From positions 7,267-71,266 of the forward strand of contig CAWEXP010000004.1 in the NCBI GenBank assembly GCA_963813065.1: a stretch of 64,000 nt of DNA. The letters are read 5' to 3'. Origin of the DNA: Candidatus Kaiserbacteria bacterium. GTDB taxonomy: Bacteria; Patescibacteriota; Minisyncoccia; Phycocordibacterales; Phycocordibacteraceae. A program made the position numbers and the translations under genes. Positions 19,064-26,360 of the stretch are shown here, piece by piece (the first letter of the stretch is position 1; every line of letters starts with the position of its first letter). Below the pieces are notes generated by a model. It had not been told where the DNA came from and made no database searches. It was given only the letters and a program-made list of their open reading frames with translations.

Positions 19064-20703
19064 TTCGCCACCGCCTTTTTCAGCGAGGTCAAAAGTGTCT
19101 CTATCTCGCGCTGGTTCTTCTCTATCTCACCAATGATTTCCACGGGCGGCAAGAGCGCTTCACTCTCTGCGCTGTTGGGGTTCTTTGGCGAAATGTCCCA
19201 GCCACGTTCTCGGATGGTCTCCCCCGGGACAATCCACGAAGTATCCGAGACCTCGCGCTTCTTCCACTTCTCGAAGACCTCCTCCAAGTGCTCGTCCATC
19301 ACGTTTTTCTTCTTGGTGAACTTGCCCTGTACCTCGCCGTACCAGATTTCCTTTGTCGCACCGGTCTTCTCGAAGAAAACGAGGTTGGTTTTCACGCCCG
19401 CACCCATCTGCGCGAAAGTGCCCTGCGGAAGCGAGATGATTGCAGAGACGTTGAACTTCGTCAGGAGGTCTTCGCGTATGCGAGCCATGGCTCCGCCGCC
19501 GAAGAGGATGTTGCCTTCGGGAAGAATGACACCGCAACGTCCTCCGTTTTTGAGACGCTTCATTACGTATTGGAGCGCGAGACCTTCAGTTGCGCCCACT
19601 TGTATCGGGTAGTTGTTCTGTACCGTCTTCGGCTCTTCAGCGCCGAACGGAGGGTTGGTGAGGATGACATCGACCTTCTCACTCTCCGGCATGTTGTGCA
19701 CGTCCTCCATAAAGGTGTTCGTGCGCGTGATGTTCGGCACGAGGACGTGGTGGAGAATGAGGTTCATCGTGCCGATGAGGAATGGCAACGGCTTCTTCTC
19801 TTGACCATAGAGCGTTTTGGTTTGCAGCGTCTTCCATGCGCGGACATCCTTCGTGGAGTTCTCATAGATGTGATTGAAACTCTCAACGAGGAAGCCGCCG
19901 GAGCCAACGAACGGGTCGAGGACGGTCTCGCCCAACTGCGGGTTCACGATTTTGACCATCAGCCGGATGAGCGGGCGCGGCGAATAGAACTCGCCCGACC
20001 AGCCACCTTCGCTGCCCATCGCTTGCAGGATTTCTTCGTACACCTGCGAGAGCAGGTTGGTGTCTTGGAAGTGATGCTTCTCTATCTTGTCGAGTATCTC
20101 GATGACATCGAGCAGGTTGTGCGGCGAGCGGATGCGGTTGCCCGGCAGTTCGCGGAAAATCTCCCCGATTTTGTCGCGGCGCGGGTCGCCCTTCAGTGCT
20201 TGCAGGTACGGGAACAGTTTTTGATTTATGAAAAAAATGAGTTCGTCTTTGTCCTTCCAATCCTTCTTCGCCCACGCCGACCACTGATACTCGGCGTCGA
20301 TGACCGGCTGATACTTCCGTCCCTCCGCCTCTTCGAGTTCTTTCAGTTGCGCTTCGACGCCCTCAAACACTTTGAGGAAGAGGAGCCACGAGAACTGTTC
20401 GATGTAGTCCTTCGCACCGACGCCATCGTCGCGGCGGAGGATGTCGCAGACGTGTTTGATGTCCGCCTTCGTCAAACTCTCGCGCTTGCTCACCATCTCT
20501 TTCTCGATGCCACGCACGACCTCCGGCGCTTCGCCTTCAACAAACGCTTTGAGGGCACTCGCCGAGATGCGCCACGTACCGCCGACCTTCTTGGCTGCGA
20601 GTTTCTTATCGTGGATGTAGCGGAAGGCAGTGCGCTCGCTCACGTGGAGCAGGTCGGCTACCTCATCGAGCGCGTAGAGTCGGTCGGTCGTGGTTTCGTT
20701 CAT
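19060..20703 (-). CDS. hsdM: Type I RM N6-adenine methyltransferase with N-terminal HTH_17 fusion
   Basis: GEFYSPR, DPFVGSGGFL, NPPF; N-terminal LYALDEVADLLHVSERTAFRYI...WRIS. Confidence 0.95.
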   Translation of the reverse strand: MNETTTDRLYALDEVADLLHVSERTAFRYIHDKKLAAKKVGGTWRISASALKAFVEGEAPEVVRGIEKEMVSKRESLTKADIKHVCDILRRDDGVGAKDYIEQFSWLLFLKVFEGVEAQLKELEEAEGRKYQPVIDAEYQWSAWAKKDWKDKDELIFFINQKLFPYLQALKGDPRRDKIGEIFRELPGNRIRSPHNLLDVIEILDKIEKHHFQDTNLLSQVYEEILQAMGSEGGWSGEFYSPRPLIRLMVKIVNPQLGETVLDPFVGSGGFLVESFNHIYENSTKDVRAWKTLQTKTLYGQEKKPLPFLIGTMNLILHHVLVPNITRTNTFMEDVHNMPESEKVDVILTNPPFGAEEPKTVQNNYPIQVGATEGLALQYVMKRLKNGGRCGVILPEGNILFGGGAMARIREDLLTKFNVSAIISLPQGTFAQMGAGVKTNLVFFEKTGATKEIWYGEVQGKFTKKKNVMDEHLEEVFEKWKKREVSDTSWIVPGETIRERGWDISPKNPNSAESEALLPPVEIIGEIEKNQREIETLLTSLKKAVAK

Positions 20704-20709
20704 GAAGCC

Positions 20710-20738
20710 ATCCTATACCCGCCCGCCCCGTTTGTCAA
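20710..20738 (-). promoter_or_regulatory. Sigma70-type promoter for hsdM (leaderless)
   Basis: TTGACA (20738-20733), 17 nt spacer, TAGGAT (20715-20710), 6 nt to ATG. Confidence 0.75.
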
Positions 20739-20803
20739 CACTTGTCTTGTCTATAACTCTACTTGACACAACATGACATAGAGTCCTATTGGGTGCCCCA
20801 TCG

Positions 20804-21115
20804 TTAGAATACGGCTCCTTTACTTGATTTTATCATACCTCCGCACTTCGAGCACTGGTCTCCTGACTCCAAAAAAGACCCTATTTCGCCGCAACGGGGG
20901 CATTTCGTATCGTTTTCCATCATCTCGACTACCTGCCCGCAACCAGCACAGTACCGCTCGGAGGTGTATCGAGCGACATACTGCTCGTTTGCCTGTCCTA
21001 CAGGCACCTTGGCGAGGTTCGGCGGCGTATCCGGTTTCCACTCTGGCACGTCCTGCACGAGGCGCACACGGAAGTTGCAGGACAAGTTCTCGCAGCGGAG
21101 GATGAGCGAGTTCAT
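20804..21115 (-). CDS. Multi zinc-ribbon hypothetical protein
   Basis: CENLSC, CAGC, CPRC, CSKC. Confidence 0.7.
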   Translation of the reverse strand: MNSLILRCENLSCNFRVRLVQDVPEWKPDTPPNLAKVPVGQANEQYVARYTSERYCAGCGQVVEMMENDTKCPRCGEIGSFLESGDQCSKCGGMIKSSKGAVF

Positions 21116-21447
21116 GGCTTCGACTCGTCTTCAATCGCCTTTCGTCCTTCCTTCACTTTGTCCTCAAAATCATGGCGTGCGAGCAGGTCGAAGAAGCCGA
21201 CCATGTCGTTGTCCACGATAGACGTATCAGCCGAGCCGCTCGGCTTTGCGACGAGCCGCTCGTGCTCCAAATCGTGTTCAAGTATCGTTGCGGTGCTACC
21301 GATGTCGTCCGACCCGGTGCGCTTCATAAGCGAGAGAAGCCACCCGGCAACGTACTCCCTGTTCTTCGCGGCTATGGGGTACAGATTTGGAAAGTCTCTC
21401 TCGGTAAGGTCGACGCCCAAGATGTTGATGGTCGCGTGCCGCGTCAT
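21112..21447 (-). CDS. Hypothetical protein
   Basis: MTRHATINILGV..., ATGA overlaps on both sides. Confidence 0.65.
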   Translation of the reverse strand: MTRHATINILGVDLTERDFPNLYPIAAKNREYVAGWLLSLMKRTGSDDIGSTATILEHDLEHERLVAKPSGSADTSIVDNDMVGFFDLLARHDFEDKVKEGRKAIEDESKP

Positions 21448-21626
21448 GCGAGTCCGAGAAGATGCGTAATGAGCGCTATGAACACGACTGCGAGACCGAG
21501 AACGAGCACCGCTATGGCTGCTGGCACGAGACCGGCGAAGACCATCACGAGATGGTTGAACCAACTGGCGAGCGTCATGCGCTTGCCGTCGTCTTCCCAC
21601 ACCTCGTACCAGTGCTGCGTACTCAT
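21444..21626 (-). CDS. Small membrane protein
   Basis: Long hydrophobic C-terminal segment; ATGA coupling. Confidence 0.65.
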   Translation of the reverse strand: MSTQHWYEVWEDDGKRMTLASWFNHLVMVFAGLVPAAIAVLVLGLAVVFIALITHLLGLA

Positions 21627-22120
21627 GGCTTCATCTTCTGCGTTCGCCCCTTACCATCGACCACGAAGTCGGGGGCGTTCCTGTCGTTCCATCGCTCGAC
21701 CGTTCGCGCCTTTCGGATTGACCAGACGATGAGTGCGCCTCCGAGTAGGAAGATGAAAACACTCACACCATAGGATGCGTCCGTAGAGTTGGTCTTTATG
21801 ATGCCGAGTCCCATGAGCACGAAGACAAAGCCGAGCAGCCGTAAACTCTGTATCGTTTTCGTAGCATCCTCCATTCGCCGCTGCACATGCAATCGCTTTT
21901 CGGCTGGTGATTTCAACTCTTCGAGAACCGACGCCCGGCGTTGTCGATGAAGCGCGTATCTTACGAGAATGACGGAAGCGATAACCGAACCGAGTATGAA
22001 AACGAGTACCCACGGGTCAGTCCAGTGCCAGATGAGCGTAGAAAGCACGAGTGCTGCGGCGTAGCAGACAAGTGCGGTGTTGGAAAAAGGTTTTGGTAGT
22101 TTGAGTTCGCTTGGGCGCAT
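21623..22120 (-). CDS. Four-TM membrane protein
   Basis: Two TM hairpins; probable start MRPSELK at 22120. Confidence 0.65.
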   Translation of the reverse strand: MRPSELKLPKPFSNTALVCYAAALVLSTLIWHWTDPWVLVFILGSVIASVILVRYALHRQRRASVLEELKSPAEKRLHVQRRMEDATKTIQSLRLLGFVFVLMGLGIIKTNSTDASYGVSVFIFLLGGALIVWSIRKARTVERWNDRNAPDFVVDGKGRTQKMKP

Positions 22121-22325
22121 GGGATTGCGCCGGGCGGTCGCAGAGAACCCGCCACGGGCTACGGCTTGCGCCGTACGCATCAGTTTCCCAATGCGGCACG
22201 TAATGCGACCCCATGACGGGTTCTCTACGCATTACGTGTCTCCCGACCATGCCACCGTTACCGATGGTTTAGGTCGTCGCCCTTGCGGGCTATTCGTGTG
22301 TCTTCCCCTCACAAGAAGGGTTACT
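22114..22325 (-). ncRNA. Candidate structured RNA / leader (multiple GNRA hairpins, long-range helix)
   Basis: Stems capped by GCAA, GUAA, GAAA, GCAA; 11-bp and 20-bp helices; G-U pairs only on minus strand; TACACT -10 at 22335-22330. Confidence 0.6.
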
Positions 22326-22368
22326 GATAAGTGTAGCGCATTTGCTACCAAGTGCTACCAAGTGTTCA

Positions 22369-22836
22369 TCACTCCTTACACTCGGCTTTCCTCTCCCGCT
22401 CGTACTGGTCTAGATAGGCGGAGAGCGATGGCGAAGAGAGAACACGGCTGGGCGTTTTTGCCATTGACTTCGAGTACCCGGCGGCAAGCAGCATGTCCCC
22501 GTAGTGCAACCATCTGCGACCATTATCCGATAAGATTTCTACGAGTCGGAGTTGCCGAGAATTGAGCGTCTGATGCCTTCCGGTTGGCAAGACAGCGCAT
22601 TCTTTTTCGCTTCCCACGTCCCCCTTATTTCCCTCATCTTCCGATGTGTTTCTGCTGCCCGTACCTTGGCTCATCGCGTCGCACCCGTTCCACCATCTTC
22701 CACCATCTTCCGATAAGTTTTCAGTGGAAAGAGAGGGTTGCGTCATTACCTCTTGGCTATCTGCTGGGGTAGCCACGTACCCCTCTTTTCCAGTACCTTC
22801 CGATGAGTTGATAGTATCCTTCTGTTCAATGTTCAT
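22369..22836 (-). CDS. Hypothetical protein with terminase-small-subunit-like HTH at C-terminus
   Basis: LNSRQLRLVE...MLLAAGYSKSMAKTP resembles the TerS AA..AGYS..TA motif; disordered N-terminus. Confidence 0.5.
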   Translation of the reverse strand: MNIEQKDTINSSEGTGKEGYVATPADSQEVMTQPSLSTENLSEDGGRWWNGCDAMSQGTGSRNTSEDEGNKGDVGSEKECAVLPTGRHQTLNSRQLRLVEILSDNGRRWLHYGDMLLAAGYSKSMAKTPSRVLSSPSLSAYLDQYERERKAECKE

Positions 22837-22849
22837 ACGTTTTTGTAAC

Positions 22850-23221
22850 CTAGATAATAACGAAGCCCCGCCCACGCCTTTTCGACCCGTCTGCCGCTCT
22901 CCTTTCCCATGTGTGCAAGTTCTCAATCTTCCATTCGAGTTCTACAGGGGTCGTGATGATAGGCGCATAGGGCTTCTTATTACTAACGGGTAGCAGCGCA
23001 ACGACTCGCTCCACTTCCGATGTCCCAAAGCGCCGCAAGACCCGCTCCATGGCGGCACGCTGGGACTTATTGGGGTAGAGACGCTTGTAACTTGGGTTTA
23101 CCGCCGCGAACCGCCCAACCATCTCGTTCACGAGAGCACCAATGCTTGTCGAGCGCCGTAAGCCCTCAAATAGCGAGATTTGGACTCGTACACTTCCCTC
23201 CGCTTTTCGCGCTCGTTCCAT
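22850..23221 (-). CDS. Phage-like protein resembling the C-terminal domain of replication initiators
   Basis: VNPSYKRLYPNKSQRAAMERV...PYAPIITTPVELE; assignment from recall, not verified. Confidence 0.5.
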   Translation of the reverse strand: MERARKAEGSVRVQISLFEGLRRSTSIGALVNEMVGRFAAVNPSYKRLYPNKSQRAAMERVLRRFGTSEVERVVALLPVSNKKPYAPIITTPVELEWKIENLHTWERRAADGSKRRGRGFVII

Positions 23222-23224
23222 AGG

Positions 23225-23410
23225 TCATTTGGCGGCTTCAGCGCCCGTATCAACAGTGGAGTATGAAAATCGTCTTGGAGCCGGGTTTTTGGCTCGTAGC
23301 GCTTTGGAAACTGTCCGGTAGTCCGGCGGCGGTAGTTGTATTACAAACTCAAACGGGATGCCTTTCGTTGTGCCATTTATTTCGTGGGCATGGTGTATAG
23401 AGTTCAGACC
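23225..23410 (-). other. Orphan 3' segment of the serine recombinase, in frame with it after excision
   Basis: ...NRH|GLNSIHH...IPFEFVIQLPPP...AEAAK* is in the same frame relative to the att core as recombinase ...DRY|RRF. Confidence 0.7.
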
Positions 23411-23439
23411 ATGCCGATTCGTAACATGATTCAAACCTA
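23404..23439 (-). pseudogene. Displaced original ychF 5' end (MLRIGMV*) with its -10 box; far att site
   Basis: ATG TTA CGA ATC GGC ATG GTC TGA versus ychF MALKIGIV; TAGGTT 6 nt upstream, as at pyk. Confidence 0.75.
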
Positions 23440-23538
23440 CCGCGCGCAAGGATAAAAAGAAAGGTCGTTTTTGCCAAACAACCTGACATGCATGAATGAA
23501 TGTTGATTTGTTTGCCCAATTCCGATGTGTGGATAATG

Positions 23539-23566
23539 TTGAAATGTGTTGCTTTTGTGCTAACCT
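23539..23566 (+). promoter_or_regulatory. Promoter of candidate sRNA
   Basis: TTGAAA, 16 nt spacer ending in TGc, TAACCT; no ORF downstream. Confidence 0.55.
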
Positions 23567-23571
23567 AAAGA

Positions 23572-23671
23572 CAGGTCGGTTGGCTTAACGCCTAGCTACC
23601 CTCTCAGCGTATGGTAGGACCGCAAGGGACTGACCACAAAAGCGCCTCATGATTTGTCATGGGGCTTTTTT
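23572..23671 (+). ncRNA. DUF3800-associated multi-stem small RNA with intrinsic terminator
   Basis: P1 ggtcggtt/gactgacc enclosing three hairpins; terminator gcctcatga/tcatggggc plus T6. Confidence 0.65.
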
Positions 23672-24537
23672 GTAGCATCAGTACCCCACGGAACTTTCAC
23701 TGCATCGGGAACTTTTACCAAACCATATCCGGCAATCCGTCCTTTAACATTGTGATAAAAATTCTCTGTAATACGGGAGAAAAAAGAGTATTCAACTAAT
23801 GCGTTCCCTTCCGGCGATTCCCAGCTGTCGCCATGTTGTACGAACTGACGGAATATATTGTAAGCAACCGTATCGGCAAGCTGAAGAAAATTTGAATTGC
23901 ACGATTTTTCGAAACGTACACATGCGTGCGAATATTTCTTTTGGTATGAACCGAGATTGAGATCTCTTTTAGAAATCCTCAGGAGCGTACCATGATCGTG
24001 TTTCTGAGACTTGATACTTTCCTCCATTTGGTCAAAAACAATCTCGGCACCACTATTTGGATGTAGTTCGACCCGATCGAACAAGACCTGTGCCAACTCT
24101 TGAAATGGCGTTACCTTCGTTCTTTTCGCGTTATAGAACCGTTTATCAATGATAAACGCTTGAATCTGAATACTCTCACGATTTTTCTCAAACAGACTAT
24201 ACCAAGCATTCTCAACAAACCGTTTAAGGGTCTCTTCGGTAATGGCAAATGGTTCAAGATATTTCTTACGCCGTTTTATCGGAATGCGTAGCCACTCTGA
24301 TTTTATCTCGACGTGTTTTGTACCAAAGTACTCATGTTTCAAAGCGTCTATTTCCGGATTTATTCGGGCAACAGCCTCAGTTGATACATATATGCCAGCA
24401 AGCACGAAGTAATTTCCACGCCAAAATTTTATGTTTTCGTTGATGCGAGCTGGTGGTTTCAATATGAACTCATGGGCATAAGGAGTTTCCCAATCTTTAG
24501 AGCCACTATCATCAACAAAGAAGAACGGTTTGTCCAT
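23647..24537 (-). CDS. DUF3800 domain protein (RNase H-like fold), low GC
   Basis: FFVDDSG, YFVLAGI, EIKS, IVFDQ, S..SNFLQLADTVAY. Confidence 0.85.
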   Translation of the reverse strand: MDKPFFFVDDSGSKDWETPYAHEFILKPPARINENIKFWRGNYFVLAGIYVSTEAVARINPEIDALKHEYFGTKHVEIKSEWLRIPIKRRKKYLEPFAITEETLKRFVENAWYSLFEKNRESIQIQAFIIDKRFYNAKRTKVTPFQELAQVLFDRVELHPNSGAEIVFDQMEESIKSQKHDHGTLLRISKRDLNLGSYQKKYSHACVRFEKSCNSNFLQLADTVAYNIFRQFVQHGDSWESPEGNALVEYSFFSRITENFYHNVKGRIAGYGLVKVPDAVKVPWGTDATKKPHDKS

Positions 24538-24554
24538 ACTTCAAGTTGGCCTTT

Positions 24555-25058
24555 CTAATTCTGAGGAAACGCACGGAAACGGATGTACCAAAAGAGTGCG
24601 AGGAGGAGTGCGGTCGCGAGGATGTAGAGTGCGACCGCGGAGCCGAGGGCGATGGCCGGTACCTGGCCGAGCGCGAGGAGCGCGAGGAACCACCATGCGG
24701 AGAAGATGCCCGCCGAGCCGAGCGCGAAGGCGATTCGCTTTTTCGAGAGCAGCCACGAGAGGAGGATGATGAGGAACGCGAGCGCCGTCTGGATCCAGTA
24801 CGCACTCTGGAGCGCCGGTGCGGGCACGACCTGACTCGTGTATGCACTAATCACGAGCCCGAGCGACGCGAGCAAGAGGAGCGACATGCCCCAGCGGAGC
24901 CCGTGCGCGATGTTGCGCAGATGTGCGCGCTCGGCCGTGTCGATGACGCCATCGCGCGCCGCGCGGAAGTACGCGATCTCGGCCCATACCGCGTAGCCCG
25001 CGCCGATGACGGCGCCGAGTGCCTGGATTGCGACGAGTACGGCAGTGAGGGTCGTCAT
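24555..25058 (-). CDS. Membrane protein
   Basis: Five hydrophobic segments; RDGVID motif. Confidence 0.75.
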   Translation of the reverse strand: MTTLTAVLVAIQALGAVIGAGYAVWAEIAYFRAARDGVIDTAERAHLRNIAHGLRWGMSLLLLASLGLVISAYTSQVVPAPALQSAYWIQTALAFLIILLSWLLSKKRIAFALGSAGIFSAWWFLALLALGQVPAIALGSAVALYILATALLLALFWYIRFRAFPQN

Positions 25059-25060
25059 AG

Positions 25061-25291
25061 TTAGCGTTGCAAGAGCGGTGCGAGCTCGGCGCGATATTTT
25101 TTCATCACCTCCATTGCGGCTCGAGTCTCGCTCTCGCCACCCTTTTTTCGGCGTTCGATCTCCTCGCCGATTTTTTTAAATAGTTCTGGATTCTTGCTCA
25201 CAAGCGTCGTCATCATCTCCCGCTGGCCTGCGGGCAAATCTTTCAACTTCCAGTTCGCGTATTGGCGGATGAGGAAACTCTGGACAGACAT
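25061..25291 (-). CDS. Small conserved hypothetical protein
   Basis: MSVQSFL...NPELFKKI; TATACT 6 nt upstream of ATG. Confidence 0.75.
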   Translation of the reverse strand: MSVQSFLIRQYANWKLKDLPAGQREMMTTLVSKNPELFKKIGEEIERRKKGGESETRAAMEVMKKYRAELAPLLQR

Positions 25292-25319
25292 GTGGGCAGT
25301 ATACCACCGCGCGGGCGCG

Positions 25320-25772
25320 CTAGTTTTTGTGCAGATCGAGCCGCACGGGCACGCCGAGCACGGGCTTCCTTGAATGAAAAAACTTTTGGACTGAAACAAA
25401 AAAAGCGAGGACCTGCTTGTCGTGATTCGCGTGGATATTGCAGAGGTGCGTGTTGACGATGGCCGAGCCGTACTCGGGCCAGGTGTGGATGTCGATGGCG
25501 CTTTCGCCGATCCAGGCGAGATAGGTGTAGCCGTGCTGTTCCTCGTCGCTATAGCGCTCGACCGAGGAGCCGAAGAGGGTCAGGCCAGCGCCCCGCACGA
25601 GGTCGTCGATCTTGGTCCGCATCTTGGCCAAGTGGTCGGGAGTGCCGACAATGAGGCGATCTGCTTTCTTGCAATGGTAAAAGGCGGCGGGTTGGATTAC
25701 GCTTTGCGGCGGCTCGTCGAGTTCTGCGAGGTCATGTAAATCTTTTTCTTCCACGCGCGCAGTATGCGGCAT
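25320..25772 (-). CDS. S-adenosylmethionine decarboxylase family (SpeD/SpeH-like)
   Basis: GYTYLAWIGESAIDIHTWPE...HLC. Confidence 0.75.
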   Translation of the reverse strand: MPHTARVEEKDLHDLAELDEPPQSVIQPAAFYHCKKADRLIVGTPDHLAKMRTKIDDLVRGAGLTLFGSSVERYSDEEQHGYTYLAWIGESAIDIHTWPEYGSAIVNTHLCNIHANHDKQVLAFFVSVQKFFHSRKPVLGVPVRLDLHKN

Positions 25773-25933
25773 TGTGCGCAGGATGCAAGACCTGCGAGGC
25801 CAAAATCCAAAAAACTGTGGATAAACCCGCACACCAAATGTTGGTGTGCGGGTAACTGCACAACCCCCTTGACCCAATCCCCACGGGTGTATAATGCCCG
25901 GGTCTCTGACACTAATCAAAATTAACTTTCACT

Positions 25934-26194
25934 ATGGCAACAAAGAAAGCAAATCCCGCGTTCATGAAGCCCCACAATCTCTCGCCTGAACTCGAGGCAG
26001 TCGTTGGCAAGGGCCCGCTCTCACGCCCGGAGATTACCAGCAAGCTCTGGGAGTACATCAAGGCACACGATCTCCAGAACCCGAAGAACAAGCGTAACGT
26101 CCTCGCGGATGCCAAGCTCGAAGCCGTCTTCGGCAAGAAGGAAGCGACGATGTTCGAAATGGCCGGGTTCGTCTCCAAGCACCTGCTCGACTAA
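25934..26194 (+). CDS. SWIB/MDM2 domain protein
   Basis: LSPELEAVVG...SRPEITSKLWEYIKAHDLQNP. Confidence 0.92.
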   Translation: MATKKANPAFMKPHNLSPELEAVVGKGPLSRPEITSKLWEYIKAHDLQNPKNKRNVLADAKLEAVFGKKEATMFEMAGFVSKHLLD

Positions 26195-26207
26195 TCCTTA
26201 CTCATTC

Positions 26208-26241
26208 AAAACAAAAACCGCCCAAGGGCGGTTTTTGTTTT
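26208..26241. terminator. Bidirectional terminator
   Basis: aaaacaaaaaccgccc-aa-gggcggtttttgtttt. Confidence 0.8.
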
Positions 26242-26273
26242 TGTGCTTGCACTACGTAGCTTTAGCGAAGTAG

Positions 26274-26346
26274 TGGACCCTGGGGGATTCGAACCCCCTA
26301 CCTCTGCAATGCCATCGCAGCGCTCTACCAAGTGAGCTAAGGGCCC
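26274..26346 (-). tRNA. tRNA-Ala(GGC)
   Basis: Cloverleaf, anticodon arm CTGCG-AT GGC AT-TGCAG, GGTTCGAATCC, G3-U70. Confidence 0.95.
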
Positions 26347-26360
26347 TGAACAAAAAGATA

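Larger units (their letters stand above)
7231..23415 (-). mobile_element. ~16.2 kb serine-recombinase integrative element (defence island / satellite-like) in the ychF 5' end
   Basis: Recombinase abuts ychF; related cores gacgatacc (7231-7239) and gaccatgcc (23407-23415); displaced ychF-like start MLRIGMV* at 23404-23427; RM/defence cargo. Confidence 0.85.

Noticed and set aside
22160-22195. Hammerhead-like GAAA-CUGAUG in the structured RNA
   Set aside because: Core reads CUGAUGC rather than CUGANGA and no GAAA follows the putative stem II; better explained as a GAAA-capped hairpin.
23440-24555. DUF3800 cassette as part of the ychF element
   Set aside because: It lies beyond the displaced ychF start and promoter, so outside the inferred att boundary; treated as a separate acquisition.
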